Source of the DNA: Lophium mytilinum
Lineage: Eukaryota
DNA: 64,000 nucleotides
Assembly: GCA_010093605.1 (NCBI GenBank)
Contig: MU004189.1
Location: forward strand, 1,867,834 to 1,931,833
Reading direction: 5' to 3'
The notes below the pieces were generated by a model that did not search any database, was not told the DNA's origin, and saw only the letters and a list, made by a program, of their open reading frames with translations. The position numbers were made by a program, and so were the translations under genes. The number at the start of each line of letters is the position of its first letter. Position 1 is the stretch's first letter. Shown here piece after piece: positions 1-11,742 of the stretch.

Positions 1-722
1 GTATGCGGTTCCGTATCTTCCTCGCATCTCCAACATCCTTCAAGAACAGCGCGTGCTCTTTGACTCCTGGTGTTCCGAAGGTCTGACTGTAGCACCCCAC
101 TGTGATAATCAACTTATCCCACGTCAGGTCAAATGTCTTCCCCTTCTTCGCTAGCGCTACTTTCTTCACGTCCGATTTGATCTCGTCCCAATTCCCTCTA
201 GAGAGCGCCAGGCCCTGACTCGGGTCATCCGCACTTTCCTCGATTGTGACCTTCTTATTCTTGAAATCCACCACGTCCGCCCATCCTTGGAAGTAATTGA
301 CGTTTGACCGCCGACTCCTCACCGGCTCGAGTGCCGTCCTAAACTCGAGTGTCCCGACGGAGGTAGAGGCCAAAAGGGGGGTAAAGGCGAAGTATGAACG
401 CGGCGAAACGACGACAGCTTGGTACTTCTTGGGGTTGAGCTGGCGAGCAACCGTGTATCCCGCCCAGCCAGAGCCCAGAATAACGACGCGTTCCCTATCT
501 GCACGATGTCTTAGCAGCCGCATGGTACCTCGGAATCGAAGAAAGCCTCTTACGATCTGAACTTTTGTCAAGCTGATTGACTGTTATATCTCGTCGCTGC
601 GTCGGTCTCCCATGTGAAAGGCGGGATGCGATCGCCCTCGAGGGCAAGCTTCTGCTAGCTAGGGCGTCGAGCAATCCGCTCGGCAATTGGCCGAGCTGCA
701 TGCGAGGGCTGGTGGCTTGCAT
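1..722 (-). CDS. Type II (alternative) NADH dehydrogenase, pyridine nucleotide-disulfide oxidoreductase family; 5' part only, runs off the window start
   Basis: ATG 722; Arg/Ser-rich presequence-like exon 1; GT-AG intron 553-499; then RERVVILGSGWAG (FAD Rossmann motif), SPRSYFAFTPLLASTSVGTLEFR and WDKLIITVGCYSQTFGTPGVKEHALFLKDVGDARKIRNRI, typical of NDH-2. Confidence 0.92.
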
Positions 723-1588
723 GCTGGTGTTCCTTCTGTCCTGGAACTAGAAGGTTTCCAGGGCATTTTTGTTGTTGATATATTTTGCTGATTAGAATAG
801 CGGCGGATGAGCGCGGCCTTGGTCAGTATGACGAGGTAGTGGGCCCGCGGATACCCCATTGAGCGTGTTAGTTTGCATCCTATGAGGCATAAGTACAGAC
901 ATATCGTATGGGAGCTGTGCGCTCAAGCGGAGGGCGTTCTAACGGTGGTGCTAAGATCGGGACAAAGGAGGATGGTTCGAGGTTCTCGAGCTGCGCCGTT
1001 CCGAGAACTTCACATGCTACGCCAGGAACTCCAGGATTCCATACGTACGAAATGCTAATTCAACAGATCGTCCGGATACAGTAGAGCTTGAGAAGTCATT
1101 CGCATGAGTCAGCCTGTTCATTCCGAGTAGTTCTCTGGCCGGTCTGCGATTGAGTGAGCTTGGTCTCAGAGCTGACCTCGTGACATCCCGCAATCTCCCG
1201 TCACTCCATTCATCCCTGTGAAACCCAAGCTGAATCCATATTCACTGTTCTGCCACTGCATGCGGTGCTCCAACATGTTCATCGAAAGCTGGAGCAATGA
1301 ACAGCACAGCGAAGTGTGTACTTCCATCAGCCACAACCTAGTGTCCCGGCAAGCTCACTGATTGTTGTATTCAACGGCCTCAGAACTTCGAAAATTCATC
1401 GAGGATATTCAAGCAGGTATACGCGCATCCGCGACGATTTGCTGTGCATTCACGAAGAAACCGCTTTATATACATGCCAGGCTCTTCCACAGATGACTCT
1501 TAAGTTACTTATTATCATTCTAGCCTACAATTACTCGCCGTTCCATCCCGTTCAACCCTTTCCACTGCGGTCTCTCCCACCTCCTCTC

Positions 1589-1970
1589 CTAACAGAAAAT
1601 CTGATAAGACTGCAACGCCTTCGAATGCCAACACACCTGCGTATTATAAACATCCGCAAAATACCCCTGACAATTATCCTTCTCAAACATAAAACTATAC
1701 CCAACAACATTAGCCCAGATCTCTCTCTCCCCCGGATATATCTAGCAATAAATCTGATACGACTCTATATTCCGTATCCCCCAGCAGACACCAAGCTTCG
1801 TAACATCAGCTTTATAGCCTTTGCTTTCTAAATCTGACCGATACCGGACTGACAGATATCGGACTGCATTCCAGCTGGGAGTAGATTAAGCCGTGAAGGA
1901 GGAGAGAGTGGATGAGAGAGAAGTCTGATGGTAGTGTGGTTGCAGTAGACGAGCAGTCCCGTACACTCAT
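1589..1970 (-). pseudogene. Decayed small Cys-rich protein sequence with two similar modules (possibly RIP-damaged)
   Basis: Minus strand reads LGVCWGIRNIESYQIYC* and then FMFEKDNCQGYFADVYNTQVCWHSKALQSYQIFC*; branch-point/acceptor-like GCTAAT...TAG ending at 1695; in-frame TAG (1742-1744) and TAA (1886-1888); TpA-rich. Confidence 0.35.
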
Positions 1971-2543
1971 GCACATTCCTCCTTCATATTCGAATGTTCA
2001 TTCAAGGACGCAGGAGTTCCTTGAACAAATTCTGTGTTGAGATGTGGTTTATGGTTGAGGCTGAGGCGGAGGCTGAATGCTTACTTCCAAGGCTCTATCA
2101 TGACTTCTGTGACCACAACTTCGGCGACGAGGGCGCACATTTCATATAAATGCAATCCATTACCCCGCCGACCACGTACTTCGCCGCACGCGCAGATTGA
2201 TGAGGTGGTCTTGAAGGAAATGAGAGGTTCAGACCTGTTCACTAAGCTGAATTCGAGCCCAATGCGACTTTTTTAAAGTACAGGGAATGCGAGACCGTTC
2301 AAAATAGGACGTCAATGGAGGTCAGAAGATTACTGCGTACTAGCCAATTTTCATACTAGCCAATTTGCAACTATGTGAAGTCGTTCCTAGAGATCCCCAC
2401 GTGATATCCCGCAATTTCCCGCCCCCTCATCCATTCATCCTCGTGAGAGTTAGGAAATTCGTCAAACCAAGTGATCCAGAATCTAGGTCGGGTATTCTAC
2501 GCTGTTCGAGCCCCATCACATGCTAACCGCCGAGGAAACACAC

Positions 2544-3669
2544 TCATAGCAGGGTATCACCCAAGGCGCAGCGAACGATCGAGCAACCTGCTCGGACCGT
2601 GTCGCTAGCTCCCTTGACGTCTAGACTGGGGTTGACTTCGACCAAATCTAGAGCAATAAGAGAGCCCGTCTCGGCAACGCACTCAGCGATGAAGTCGCCT
2701 TCACGAAGAGTCAGGCCGCCTCGGACTGGCGTTCCGGTGCTCGGAGCCCACATGGGGTCTATGGCGTCGACGTCGAAGGACAGATGGATGGGGGTATCGC
2801 TTCCGATCCAACCAAGGGCCATGTCCATGACTCTGCCAATGCCGTGCCTTTTGACTCGTTAATAACAAGGCGTAAGTGGACTTTGAGTTTCAAGCAACTT
2901 ACTTGTCGATATCATGCATCGAGAATGCTTTGATGCCATGTTCCTTCAAGATCTTCTTCTCTCCGCGGTCGATATCCCGGAGGCCAATGTAGACTAGCTT
3001 TTTGACATTGATGCGCTGGTTGTCCTGTATCCAGCCGAACATGTCTTCGTTCTTCTCCGTCGCCAGTCCGGTCAGGAACGCAACCGGCATGCCGTGAATG
3101 TTGCCGCTCTCAGACGTCTCAGGAGTGTTGATATCAGCATGTGCATCCACCCAGATGACAGCTATTTCCTTCCCCAGTCGTTCCCGCGCGGCCTTCGCGG
3201 TGCCGGCGACCGTTCCAATGGCAATTGAATGGTCTCCGCCCAGCGTTAGCACGAACTTGCCGCTCTTGGCGTGTTCGTAGACCTGTTCGCTTAAGGCGCG
3301 GGTGACGGCGCTGACAGTTCTCGGCTTCTTCATGCCGCGGTAATCGGGGTCCTCTTTGGGCATGATATCAGTGTAGGAGTGGACTTGACCATCGTAAGTC
3401 ACTTTGAAGTCGAGATCCTCTTCCAGTTGCTGGATCAAGCCTGCCTCGATGAGAGCCATGGGAGCGGCATCGACACCTGCTTTGGTCTGGCTTCATGTCA
3501 GCATTCGCGGTCCCTCGCTACGGAGATCTGACAAATGCCTCCAACTGGTCTCAATTGACTCGAGTGAGTGAGGGCGACTGACCTGGCCTCCAGAGAAGCC
3601 AACCGCGACAAGACCCAAGTCATGGCGGCTGGGCAGGAATTTCGGCTGCACGGTGGGTGCTGAAGTCAT
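2544..3669 (-). CDS. CAR1: Arginase
   Basis: 3 exons (introns ~3582-3487 and ~2902-2849); motifs [26 protein letters not shown] and SFDVDAIDP...TGTPVRGG (Mn-binding ureohydrolase). Confidence 0.97.
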
Positions 3670-3946
3670 TGTCCTGAATATGTGGTGTCGTGATAAGAGT
3701 GGTGAAGGTGTAGGTAAGGATGTCAGAGAGAAGGGAGTTGGCCGTAGGACACGGAGTGCGGAGGCCAGTGTGAGGTAGTTGGTAGGCTAAAGATATCGTC
3801 GAAGCGATAAAATCCCGGATTTGGACTGGAGATTCGGGCGGAGGTGAAAGGATGAAGAATTTGAGGGCGAAGAGGGCCGTATTTAAGCCCTTCCGAGTGT
3901 GCCATCTTTACGTAAATCGAGGCCTTTCGAATTTTCTCTACACGCC

Positions 3947-4004
3947 TGCTCCTGCACTTAGGGGACAGTGAGGGCAGACTGCGGTTGCTCCTGCACTTAG
4001 GGGA
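3947..4004. promoter_or_regulatory. 19-bp perfect direct repeat (TGCTCCTGCACTTAGGGGA x2) upstream of arginase, each copy containing an AGGGG (STRE-like) core
   Basis: Copies at 3947-3965 and 3986-4004 read directly from the sequence; function inferred. Confidence 0.5.
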
Positions 4005-4396
4005 AGAGGTGTTTATCTAGCCCTCTCCGCGACTCGAAACCCCCACTTGGCAGGCGCGACTTCGGCCCACGCTATCCCGCAATCGCCCCGTCAGTCAGGA
4101 GAGAACATCAACACTGCTATGCGAGCTGTATAAGCTATCACATCCTCTATAAGTAGCCGCCTCCTCTATAAGATCTGCTAGCAATATAGCGCTATTCTCG
4201 TATCGTTATATTTCAATTAGAAAGTAGATCAGAGCCGAGTCTCACTTAAACCACCTCCACGGCTCACGAACGCTTCCCGTCGGCTCCCATCACTGCTGTA
4301 CTCCTCCACCGCCTTTCATCTGAACTTTCATTCGCGGGTGCTCCTCAGTCATCACAAGGCCTGATAACCGGGAACCCCTGTTCAATCATTCTTACA

Positions 4397-4924
4397 ATGC
4401 TCCCCGCCATTCGCCTCATAGCATCCAAACCTCCCTCGCGCACCTACACCCTCCATCTCATTTGCCACGTGAAGCCCGGAGTGGCGTCGAAGCGTGAAGG
4501 AGTCTCGGCTGTAACCGCATCTGGTATTGAGCTGTGCGTAGCAGCGCAGGCGCGAGAGGGCCAGTCCAATCGTGCTGTAAGAGAGCTGATCGCTGAGGTA
4601 AGTCTATGTCTACTATTATACACAAAGGAGTTTTGTCACTCTGGGGCCATCCAAGGGCCATTAGTAATGATAATTCTTGGACGCTATCTTAGACATTCCG
4701 AGAGCTTCCTCAAGAGATTGGCCGAAGAGCCTGGGTGTGAAAAGGTAAGCCACTCTGACGCGTCTTAGGTCCTCCACGTGCCCAAATCCGACGTCGAGAT
4801 CGCAAAAGGGATGAAATCGCGCGAAAAGACAATCGTTGTATCAAACATAGCCATTGCTAAGAGCGGCATAGAGGAGACCATTGAGAGCATTAGGAATAAA
4901 ATTGAGCAAAGCGTGGCTACTTGA
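4397..4924 (+). CDS. DUF167/UPF0235 (YggU-like) protein
   Basis: Exon 1 4397-4597 (HVKPG...REG...VAAQAREGQSNRAV), intron 4598-4768, exon 2 VLHVPKSDVEIAKGMKSREKTIVV, stop at 4922-4924. Confidence 0.85.
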
Positions 4925-5066
4925 CACTGGCGGTTAGGGACCTTTCGAGTCCAAGCTCCTACCATCACCCCTTCATGATCGCAAAAACCCACTACCCCTT
5001 GATTCAAATCGTTTGCTCTACCTCTCTGCAGCATTCCCCCACTCCTAAAAGCATCCTTCGCCCCAT

Positions 5067-5668
5067 TCATGTGTACTGCCAAGCGCCCACTTCGGTGGCG
5101 TTAAGGGTGGCCGCGGTGAACCCCAAGCACTGGGGGTCGTAGTCAATGTTCGGCAAAAGGCCAAAGACCTGGTATCCCTTCCCCGCGACAGGGCATGCGA
5201 CCAAGCCACCCTCGAAGCTCAAGGTTCCGTAGTTCGGACTGTCCTCGACGCGGCTCCAGCCAATCTGAGTCGAGTTCTCGGGGATGTAGGCAGAATGGGC
5301 CTGTGTGAAAGACATGGCACCATCAGGACCAATGTACACTACTCAGGCGCATTAGCGTAGCTACGTGGTTGGCGGATTGGCGGTGCCAGCTTACCCTGTT
5401 GCCCTCCCGGAACTTCGACGTATAGACCGAGAGTAGTTGCGGAGTAGTCGCTGGAGAAGACCGTCTCGTCTCCCGTCGGGCATTCTGAAGGATTGAGGGG
5501 GCAGTACGATGAAGTTGGCGGTCCATTGAAGTAGAATTTCTGACCGGATGCGGCCAGGTTGGCGAAGTGGATTGGGGAACCGGACCTCAGAGCCATCACG
5601 GTAAAGGGCTGAACCTGGGCAAGCGCCGCGGTGGCCACGAAAGCGGAGATGGCGAGAGCGGCCTTCAT
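5067..5668 (-). CDS. Secreted IgE-binding-protein-like / cell-wall protein
   Basis: Signal peptide MKAALAISAFVATAALA; ALRSGSPIH, SYCP, VPGGQQ|VYI..DGAMSFTQAHS and terminal AWQY pattern; one intron of ~55 nt. Confidence 0.8.
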
Positions 5669-7626
5669 AGTGATGGTGGATTCGAGATTGATTGACGAAT
5701 GTGGGTTGATCGAAGAAGAATGGTGCGAATTGACTGATGAAGAATGGGTTGACTGGTTGATGAGGAACCTGGGAGTGAGAAGGGGAAGCCTTTATGTACT
5801 TGTCAGGACCGGGAAGTAGCGAGCATGAATCGAGACTGCGTTGATCTCTCGCCTTCCTATAGACCCTGTCTCTTTTTATATTTATCCCAATTGCCCGGCG
5901 CCTGCCGCTGTCATGGTTGGCATGGAGGTCGCAAGGCGATCATCGCGACGGCCAAATTTTGGGGAACGGGTCGGACCACCCCCAACGACGTCAATCATTA
6001 GTCGCACTCGACCGCCTGCTTCTCTCGGGAGCCGAGGTGAGGCTTAGGGAGGGGCAAGTCTGTGTGTAGGTCGCCGTGCGCCGCCCTAGTTCGTGTAGTG
6101 CCTGTGTACGAGCATTCGCCACTGTTTAGTTACTTCAATATCAAAGAGTGAGTAGTATGTACAACGCAGTTCCTTCCCAATGTTTGACTACGCGGCTTGG
6201 GGTGACCGGAAAGCCTACAGGATATTCTAGATGAAGTATCCACATCTCGTGTAAGTGTTGATTATTTGTGAGGCACTCTTGACGAAGAGTGTTCAGAGAT
6301 TGATGTCCTGATGAATTATCACCTCATTCGCGATCTCGTCCAGATTTCGAGGACTAGTGAGCATACCAAGGAGCAACTTACAAGTGTATTATGGAGTGCG
6401 CAACTATAGTGGATCTCGCCTTGCCACAGCTGTCCTCATGTGCCAGATGTGACGACAGTTCGGAGTGAAGCCGGCGAAGATTCACAATGTTGCATCGTGA
6501 GGAACCATGAGCATCAGTGCGTAGGCACAGGGGCCACCTGCATCACATCCCTCTTTTAGCGCACAAGCCCACTTACAGCTCAACGGTTGTCGATCGGGGA
6601 CTGCGAGGGTATTGCAAGTTACTTGCCGACGCTGCTTTCGGAATGGAATTGAGCGTACCTACCGCGATAGCTTCTTGAATGTGATGCAGTGCGACGACCA
6701 GTCCACAAACAACGTTGCTCCGCGCAATAATCGCATAGTCTAAACTTAAGGTTCCAGGTCACGAAGTCCCGGCATCTTGCTGCCGTATGTCCAAAATAGA
6801 GGAGACCATTCGGGCCGCCCACGGCCCCTGGAAAAGTGGTCATGAGGCCTGGAGAAAAAGTACAGTCGTCGTAGAGACGAATAGAACAGCCATCCATCGG
6901 ATCCGGGAGTTCTCGTATTTCTTCCAAATCGATAGCACGGTAGAGCCATATTAAGCTATATGCAGCCTCGGTATTGGATATTTCCAGGCTGAATCGTGGC
7001 GATCCTGCAACAAGGGTTGAACCATCTCGAATGCGTTGTCCAGTCACAGCCCGAAAGTGCCGGACGTCGCGGTTGTGACGAGCGCCAAGTGGCGGTTGTG
7101 GCTCTTTAAGCTTAAAACGGTTACTATTAATAGACTCCTTCTTTTGCTCGTGTCCACTTTCACTATACCGGAGTCATGTTGCCTCCCTCGTTTCTGCAGT
7201 GATCTGTGGGTACGAGGACAGCTGAAACGTGACGTCTGTAGAACATAGATAATGGACAGCAAGCGATAGGATATGCATAATCGATTTGGTAATGGAAATT
7301 GTCCTTTGGGTCACCTTCTGAACCCTCTCGATGCTCCGACGTCCCGAGGGAGCATTTAGCAAGGGGCAGCTACAATTGAAGGCCTGATTGCCTCACGCCC
7401 GCCTGGTTGATCGCATCCAACCTTGGGAACCCCAGCACTGCACCTCGTCGCCAAAGAGCCCCTTGTATACTGGAGTCTCGCGTTGCTTGTATGTCGGCAA
7501 GAAACTTGTGGTCAAACTAATGTGCGACTCTTGTACAATTGCAGCTGCCACCGCCACAACTAGCATTGTACCAAATGCTTTACGCTGAGTACAAAGGTTC
7601 ATCTCTAAAGACCGTATTCGTCGCAA

Positions 7627-9281
7627 CTACATCCACAGGCACAGCTTCCCGCTAGCTGTCCCTGCCGCAATCCAATCTTGCGATGGATGGAATTTGGCTA
7701 CAGCCGGCACCGCCGTGATGCCCTCGCCTCCTAGTTGTGCGAGCTGTTCGCCCTTGCTCGTGTAGATGTCAACGAAACGGTTCATGTTACCAATGCAGAA
7801 GCGTTGTATTCCATCCTGGGGTTGTTCTTGCCATTGGGCACGTAGACTGTTTGCAGTAAAGTTAGCAAATATGTCCTGTTTTTATCGAACTTCTGTGGTA
7901 TAATTCTGCGCTCTCAAGAAAGAAAAGCTTACATAGTAACCCATCTCCCAGTCTGGTTGTTATGCGGTATTATCGTAGCCGGTTCCATCTCGTCGTCGGT
8001 GAGAGTCGTCCCGGTTTTCCAGTCACCGCAGCCGCTAAAGTCGTGTATCTTGACAGTGTCATCGTACGAAGCCGTAGCTACCTGACCTACAGAATTCCAC
8101 GCCGCGTGCGAGACAGAAAGTCTGCTCTCGTGTTCACCAACTAATGCTGGTAGCCGCAATTCGCCCTTCCCACTGATCTTCCGCAAGTCCCAGATCTTCA
8201 TCGTGCGATCTAGAGACGCCGTCGCCACGAGGTGGGCTTGCTGTGGATGAAGAGAAAAACCTCCAATCTTCTTTTCCGACAGCTGGAAGATCTCCAGTCC
8301 TGCAGACTTTTGTGGCGATGTTCGCATATCGTACATCCCGAATGTACCCCCTAGCGTTGAGAAATACAGCATATTGGGATCCTTTGATGCGATCTCGACA
8401 CCAGACAGGGGGTCGTCGTCGCCCTTGTCTACCGGTGCATACACTTCCACAGCTACCCCCTTTGCCAAATCCAGTTTTCGAATAGAAGAATCGTATGAGG
8501 CCGAATATAGCGCGTTTGCGTCCGTTGGACTAAACTGAAACGTACAGATTGTCCGTGTGTGAAGCTTGAAAGTCGTGATCGCCGGTCCTTCCTTTTCGTC
8601 CTCTTCCTCGTCGTCCTCTTGCTTCACCTCGGAAGCCTTCTGCGAGCAGTCACAGATCCCCAAATTCCCCATTTTGTCTCCAGCAAACACCAGCGGCTTG
8701 TCCGCCGTGGGATGAAACCCCATGGAGTATATTCGCTCTGGCGTTATCTTGATCTCATTGGGCTCATAATCTTCCCAAAGCTCCAGCCCACTCATTTTCT
8801 CCCTCAGTGCTTTCAACTCCTTATCGCTCGTCTCCTTAACATCATCCGGGTCGAACGTCCGCTCATACGGTTTCGTCTCCCTCACGTTCCGTAAGAAGTT
8901 ACCCCCTTGGTCCCAGCTCCGCCCTGCAACCAAAATATCGCTGAGATTCAGGTCTCCACTAACACGCTGCCGCTTCGCGCGTTCCGCTTCCCTGAACGCG
9001 TCATGTTCGTCCTCCGCCTTGCGCTTCGCGACTTCGCTATCGGCGACTATACCACGCAGACGCGACGATGTGCGACGCGGGCCGGTGTCTTCTTCCTTGA
9101 TCTTCTTGGGCGCGGGTTTCTTCGACTTGGCCTTGGCTTTGGATGCGGCTTTCGAGGAGGGCGCAATGCCAGCTTGGGCGGCTTCGAGTTCGAGGGTGCG
9201 GAGGAGGGCTTGGGTTTTGGCTATGTTTTCTTGACGCTTTTGCTCGTATTCGCTGAGCTCGACTTTGGGGCCGCGTGCCAT
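7627..9281 (-). CDS. CMR1: WD40-repeat DNA damage-binding protein CMR1 (WDR76 homolog)
   Basis: N-terminal [13 protein letters not shown] and [11 protein letters not shown] repeats ([14 protein letters not shown]); HNNQTGRWV, then an intron and last exon LRAQW...[10 protein letters not shown]. Confidence 0.93.
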
Positions 9282-9443
9282 GGTGGAGTCGGGAAGGGTG
9301 GTGAATATGCTTGTGAATTAGAGCGACAAAACAATCAATGATGCGCGCAGTTTCTATAGCGTAGGTTGGGGTAGCCGGATGGTACGTTTCTCAAGCAGCG
9401 AGAAAGGAGGTTGGTTGAAGTCTGCGGGTCATGGTGGCGTCCG

Positions 9444-9472
9444 ACGCGTCAAAAAACGCGAAGCGGGAAAAA
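9444..9472. promoter_or_regulatory. MCB-like cell-cycle elements upstream of CMR1
   Basis: ACGCGT at 9444-9449, ACGCGAA at 9456-9462 and GCGGGAAA just after, ~165-190 nt upstream of the CMR1 ATG. Confidence 0.55.
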
Positions 9473-9675
9473 GTCACATGGGTTGGATTAAGTGGCCCGA
9501 CGATCGCGAAGCCACTCTCCACATTCACGTGAAGACTGAACATGATGCATGAGAGAATTGCATCACTCGCAGTGGTAGGGTTCAATCGTATTCAAAAGAA
9601 GAAGGATCAACTCATTCAAATTTTAACTGCATGCCTCTGCTCCCTCACTTTATATAGATACGTTAATTACTCCAA

Positions 9676-11742
9676 TCACACGCCTGAATCTTCCTCTTCC
9701 ACTCCCGATACCGCAGTGTACGCCTCCCAAGTTGCACAAGTCGAATTAAGAGTATCGTAGTCGACCAAAGCGGAGATCTCGGTCGAGCGCTCTACGAACT
9801 GCAACGCAAGACCCTCAGAAGTATGCCAGCCGATGTGGCAGTGCATAAGCCTGTGCATATTAGTAGTGCAAGTTGATTTACTTCAACAGGAAGAACTTAC
9901 CAAACTCCTGGGTTGTCCGTCAAAAAGGCAATAACCAAGTACCCGCTTGTCGGAAGAGTCGCCACGTCTCTGCGAGGCGGATTGTCCGTATTCAGCGTGA
10001 CAGAGTCGCTATAGGTTTCAGATTCGCCACTAGCGAGTATGAAAAAGTCGTGGCCTATATCAGGAAGGCTATATCAGCATCTTCTTCGTCTGCTTGGCTG
10101 GAATACTACTTACCGTGCAGGTGAATTGGATGTGGAACAGGAATAGTGGTCTCAATGACCCAGTAGACCCATTGCTCGCTAGTGCTCAGGTTGTACACGC
10201 ATTCCTCGTCACTCCAACTTGTCTCTCCGTTATACACTTGTAGAATGGTCGGGTCGGCCCACTCGACCTCGAAGCTATCGCTGCCAATCTGCCAACGGAA
10301 AAGATTGTTCGCGTTCTTTCCAACTGCAACGGTAAGATCGTCTCCAGTAGGACTGACGACGGTCTGTGAGAGGTATGGTACGAGGTCGGAGGCGTCCTCG
10401 TCAATACAGTCGTCAGCGTAATCGTAGGCAGTGGAGCTGGGGTCGTCGGTGGAGCTGGAATCGTAGCGGATGATAGCTCTTATGTTATCGCTATCGTCGT
10501 TATTACTGCACTCGGATTGCGGAATGGCTCGCATCCAGTAATCGGCAGTATCTTGGTCGGCGGTGACAATGACATCGTAACGCTGGCCTGCAAGGTTTTA
10601 GAGATGGTTCAATGATAAATCAGGACGCGCTGCAGAAGGCTCACCCATGGTGATGTCCAATACGTCCGTAGTATAAGGGACAATAGGAACAAAATCTGCT
10701 GCTATGACAGTCATAGTGTGACTGTCAATCGAAAATTTGAAATGAGTGTCGATTGCGCCATTGACGACGCGAAGGAGATAGCTGGTCCCAGATGCAAAAG
10801 TTCCCTCGAAACGAGTGCCGCTGCCATTATATGCGTTCAGTCCGTTGATGAGGCCCGTGGTCATCAATGGTGGGCCGGAGACCTGAGCGTAGGTGTACAA
10901 GGCATCGACGGTATCGTGACTCCAGTCGCTTAGGACTACAGCGCCGAAGTCTTCATCGTAATCTCCCGTAGCGGGTCCGTGAATAACGATAGGCCCTGTT
11001 CAGTTAGCTTGGATAACTGCGAAGGGTTGAAGCATTGAATGGTCGTACCGTAAACTCCCTCCCATGCCTGAAGCGAGAAGTGAGAATGATACCAAGAGGT
11101 TCCGTACTGAGTTGCTTTCCATGTGTAGGTCATTGATTCGCCGGGCTATTGGCCAGATATTAACATAGCCCCATACCAGCCCTAGAAAGACTTACAGCGA
11201 TAGGGCATTGAGTGATGCTAGGTACACCATCGTTCATGTTCGTATAGTTCTGACGAACACCGTGCCAGTGAATCCCGGTGCCATTGTTCGCAAGACTGTT
11301 AGTTACGTGAATAACTACGGTGTCTCCCTACTCCCATATCAGCACGGCTCAAAATATATGAATTAAGAAGGTAGCATACCCAATTGGCTTCAATAGTCGG
11401 ACCCGGAACAGTCCCATTGACAGCCAGAACAATCCTCTCGAAGCCATCAGGCGCCAATGTAGTGTTCGTAACTTCCAGCCAGTACTACACAGTTTAGACA
11501 TCACACTCTATAGACTCCGACGACTCAGATATTCATACCTCGACCGTTACTCCGGTAGTTGGTCCGTCAGTGTAGTAGTTGGTGCTCGTATCATAATCGC
11601 ACCAAACACTTCGGTCGCTGGCTGTATTTCCATCGCACGTAGCGACAGCTGCTGAAGCTGTAGAGACTGTTGTTGCTGCTTGAGGTGCAGGGATAGCAAA
11701 TGCGACGGCAATGAAAAGGCTGATTAACGGGAGGGTGATCAT
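9676..11742 (-). CDS. Laccase / multicopper oxidase (CAZy AA1), secreted
   Basis: Signal peptide; copper motifs IHWHG, WYHSHF, HPIHLHGH and HCHIGWH; C-terminal DSGV typical of ascomycete laccases; ~7 short introns. Confidence 0.95.

Noticed and set aside
4692..4768. Possible cassette exon inside the DUF167 intron (AG...AAG|GTAAGC at 4745)
   Set aside because: The downstream intron would be only 24 nt, too short to splice
6200..7360. Minus-strand ORF fragments (e.g. 6619-7047) with intron-like signals
   Set aside because: No recognisable family and no consistent spliced model; may be a decayed gene but cannot be supported
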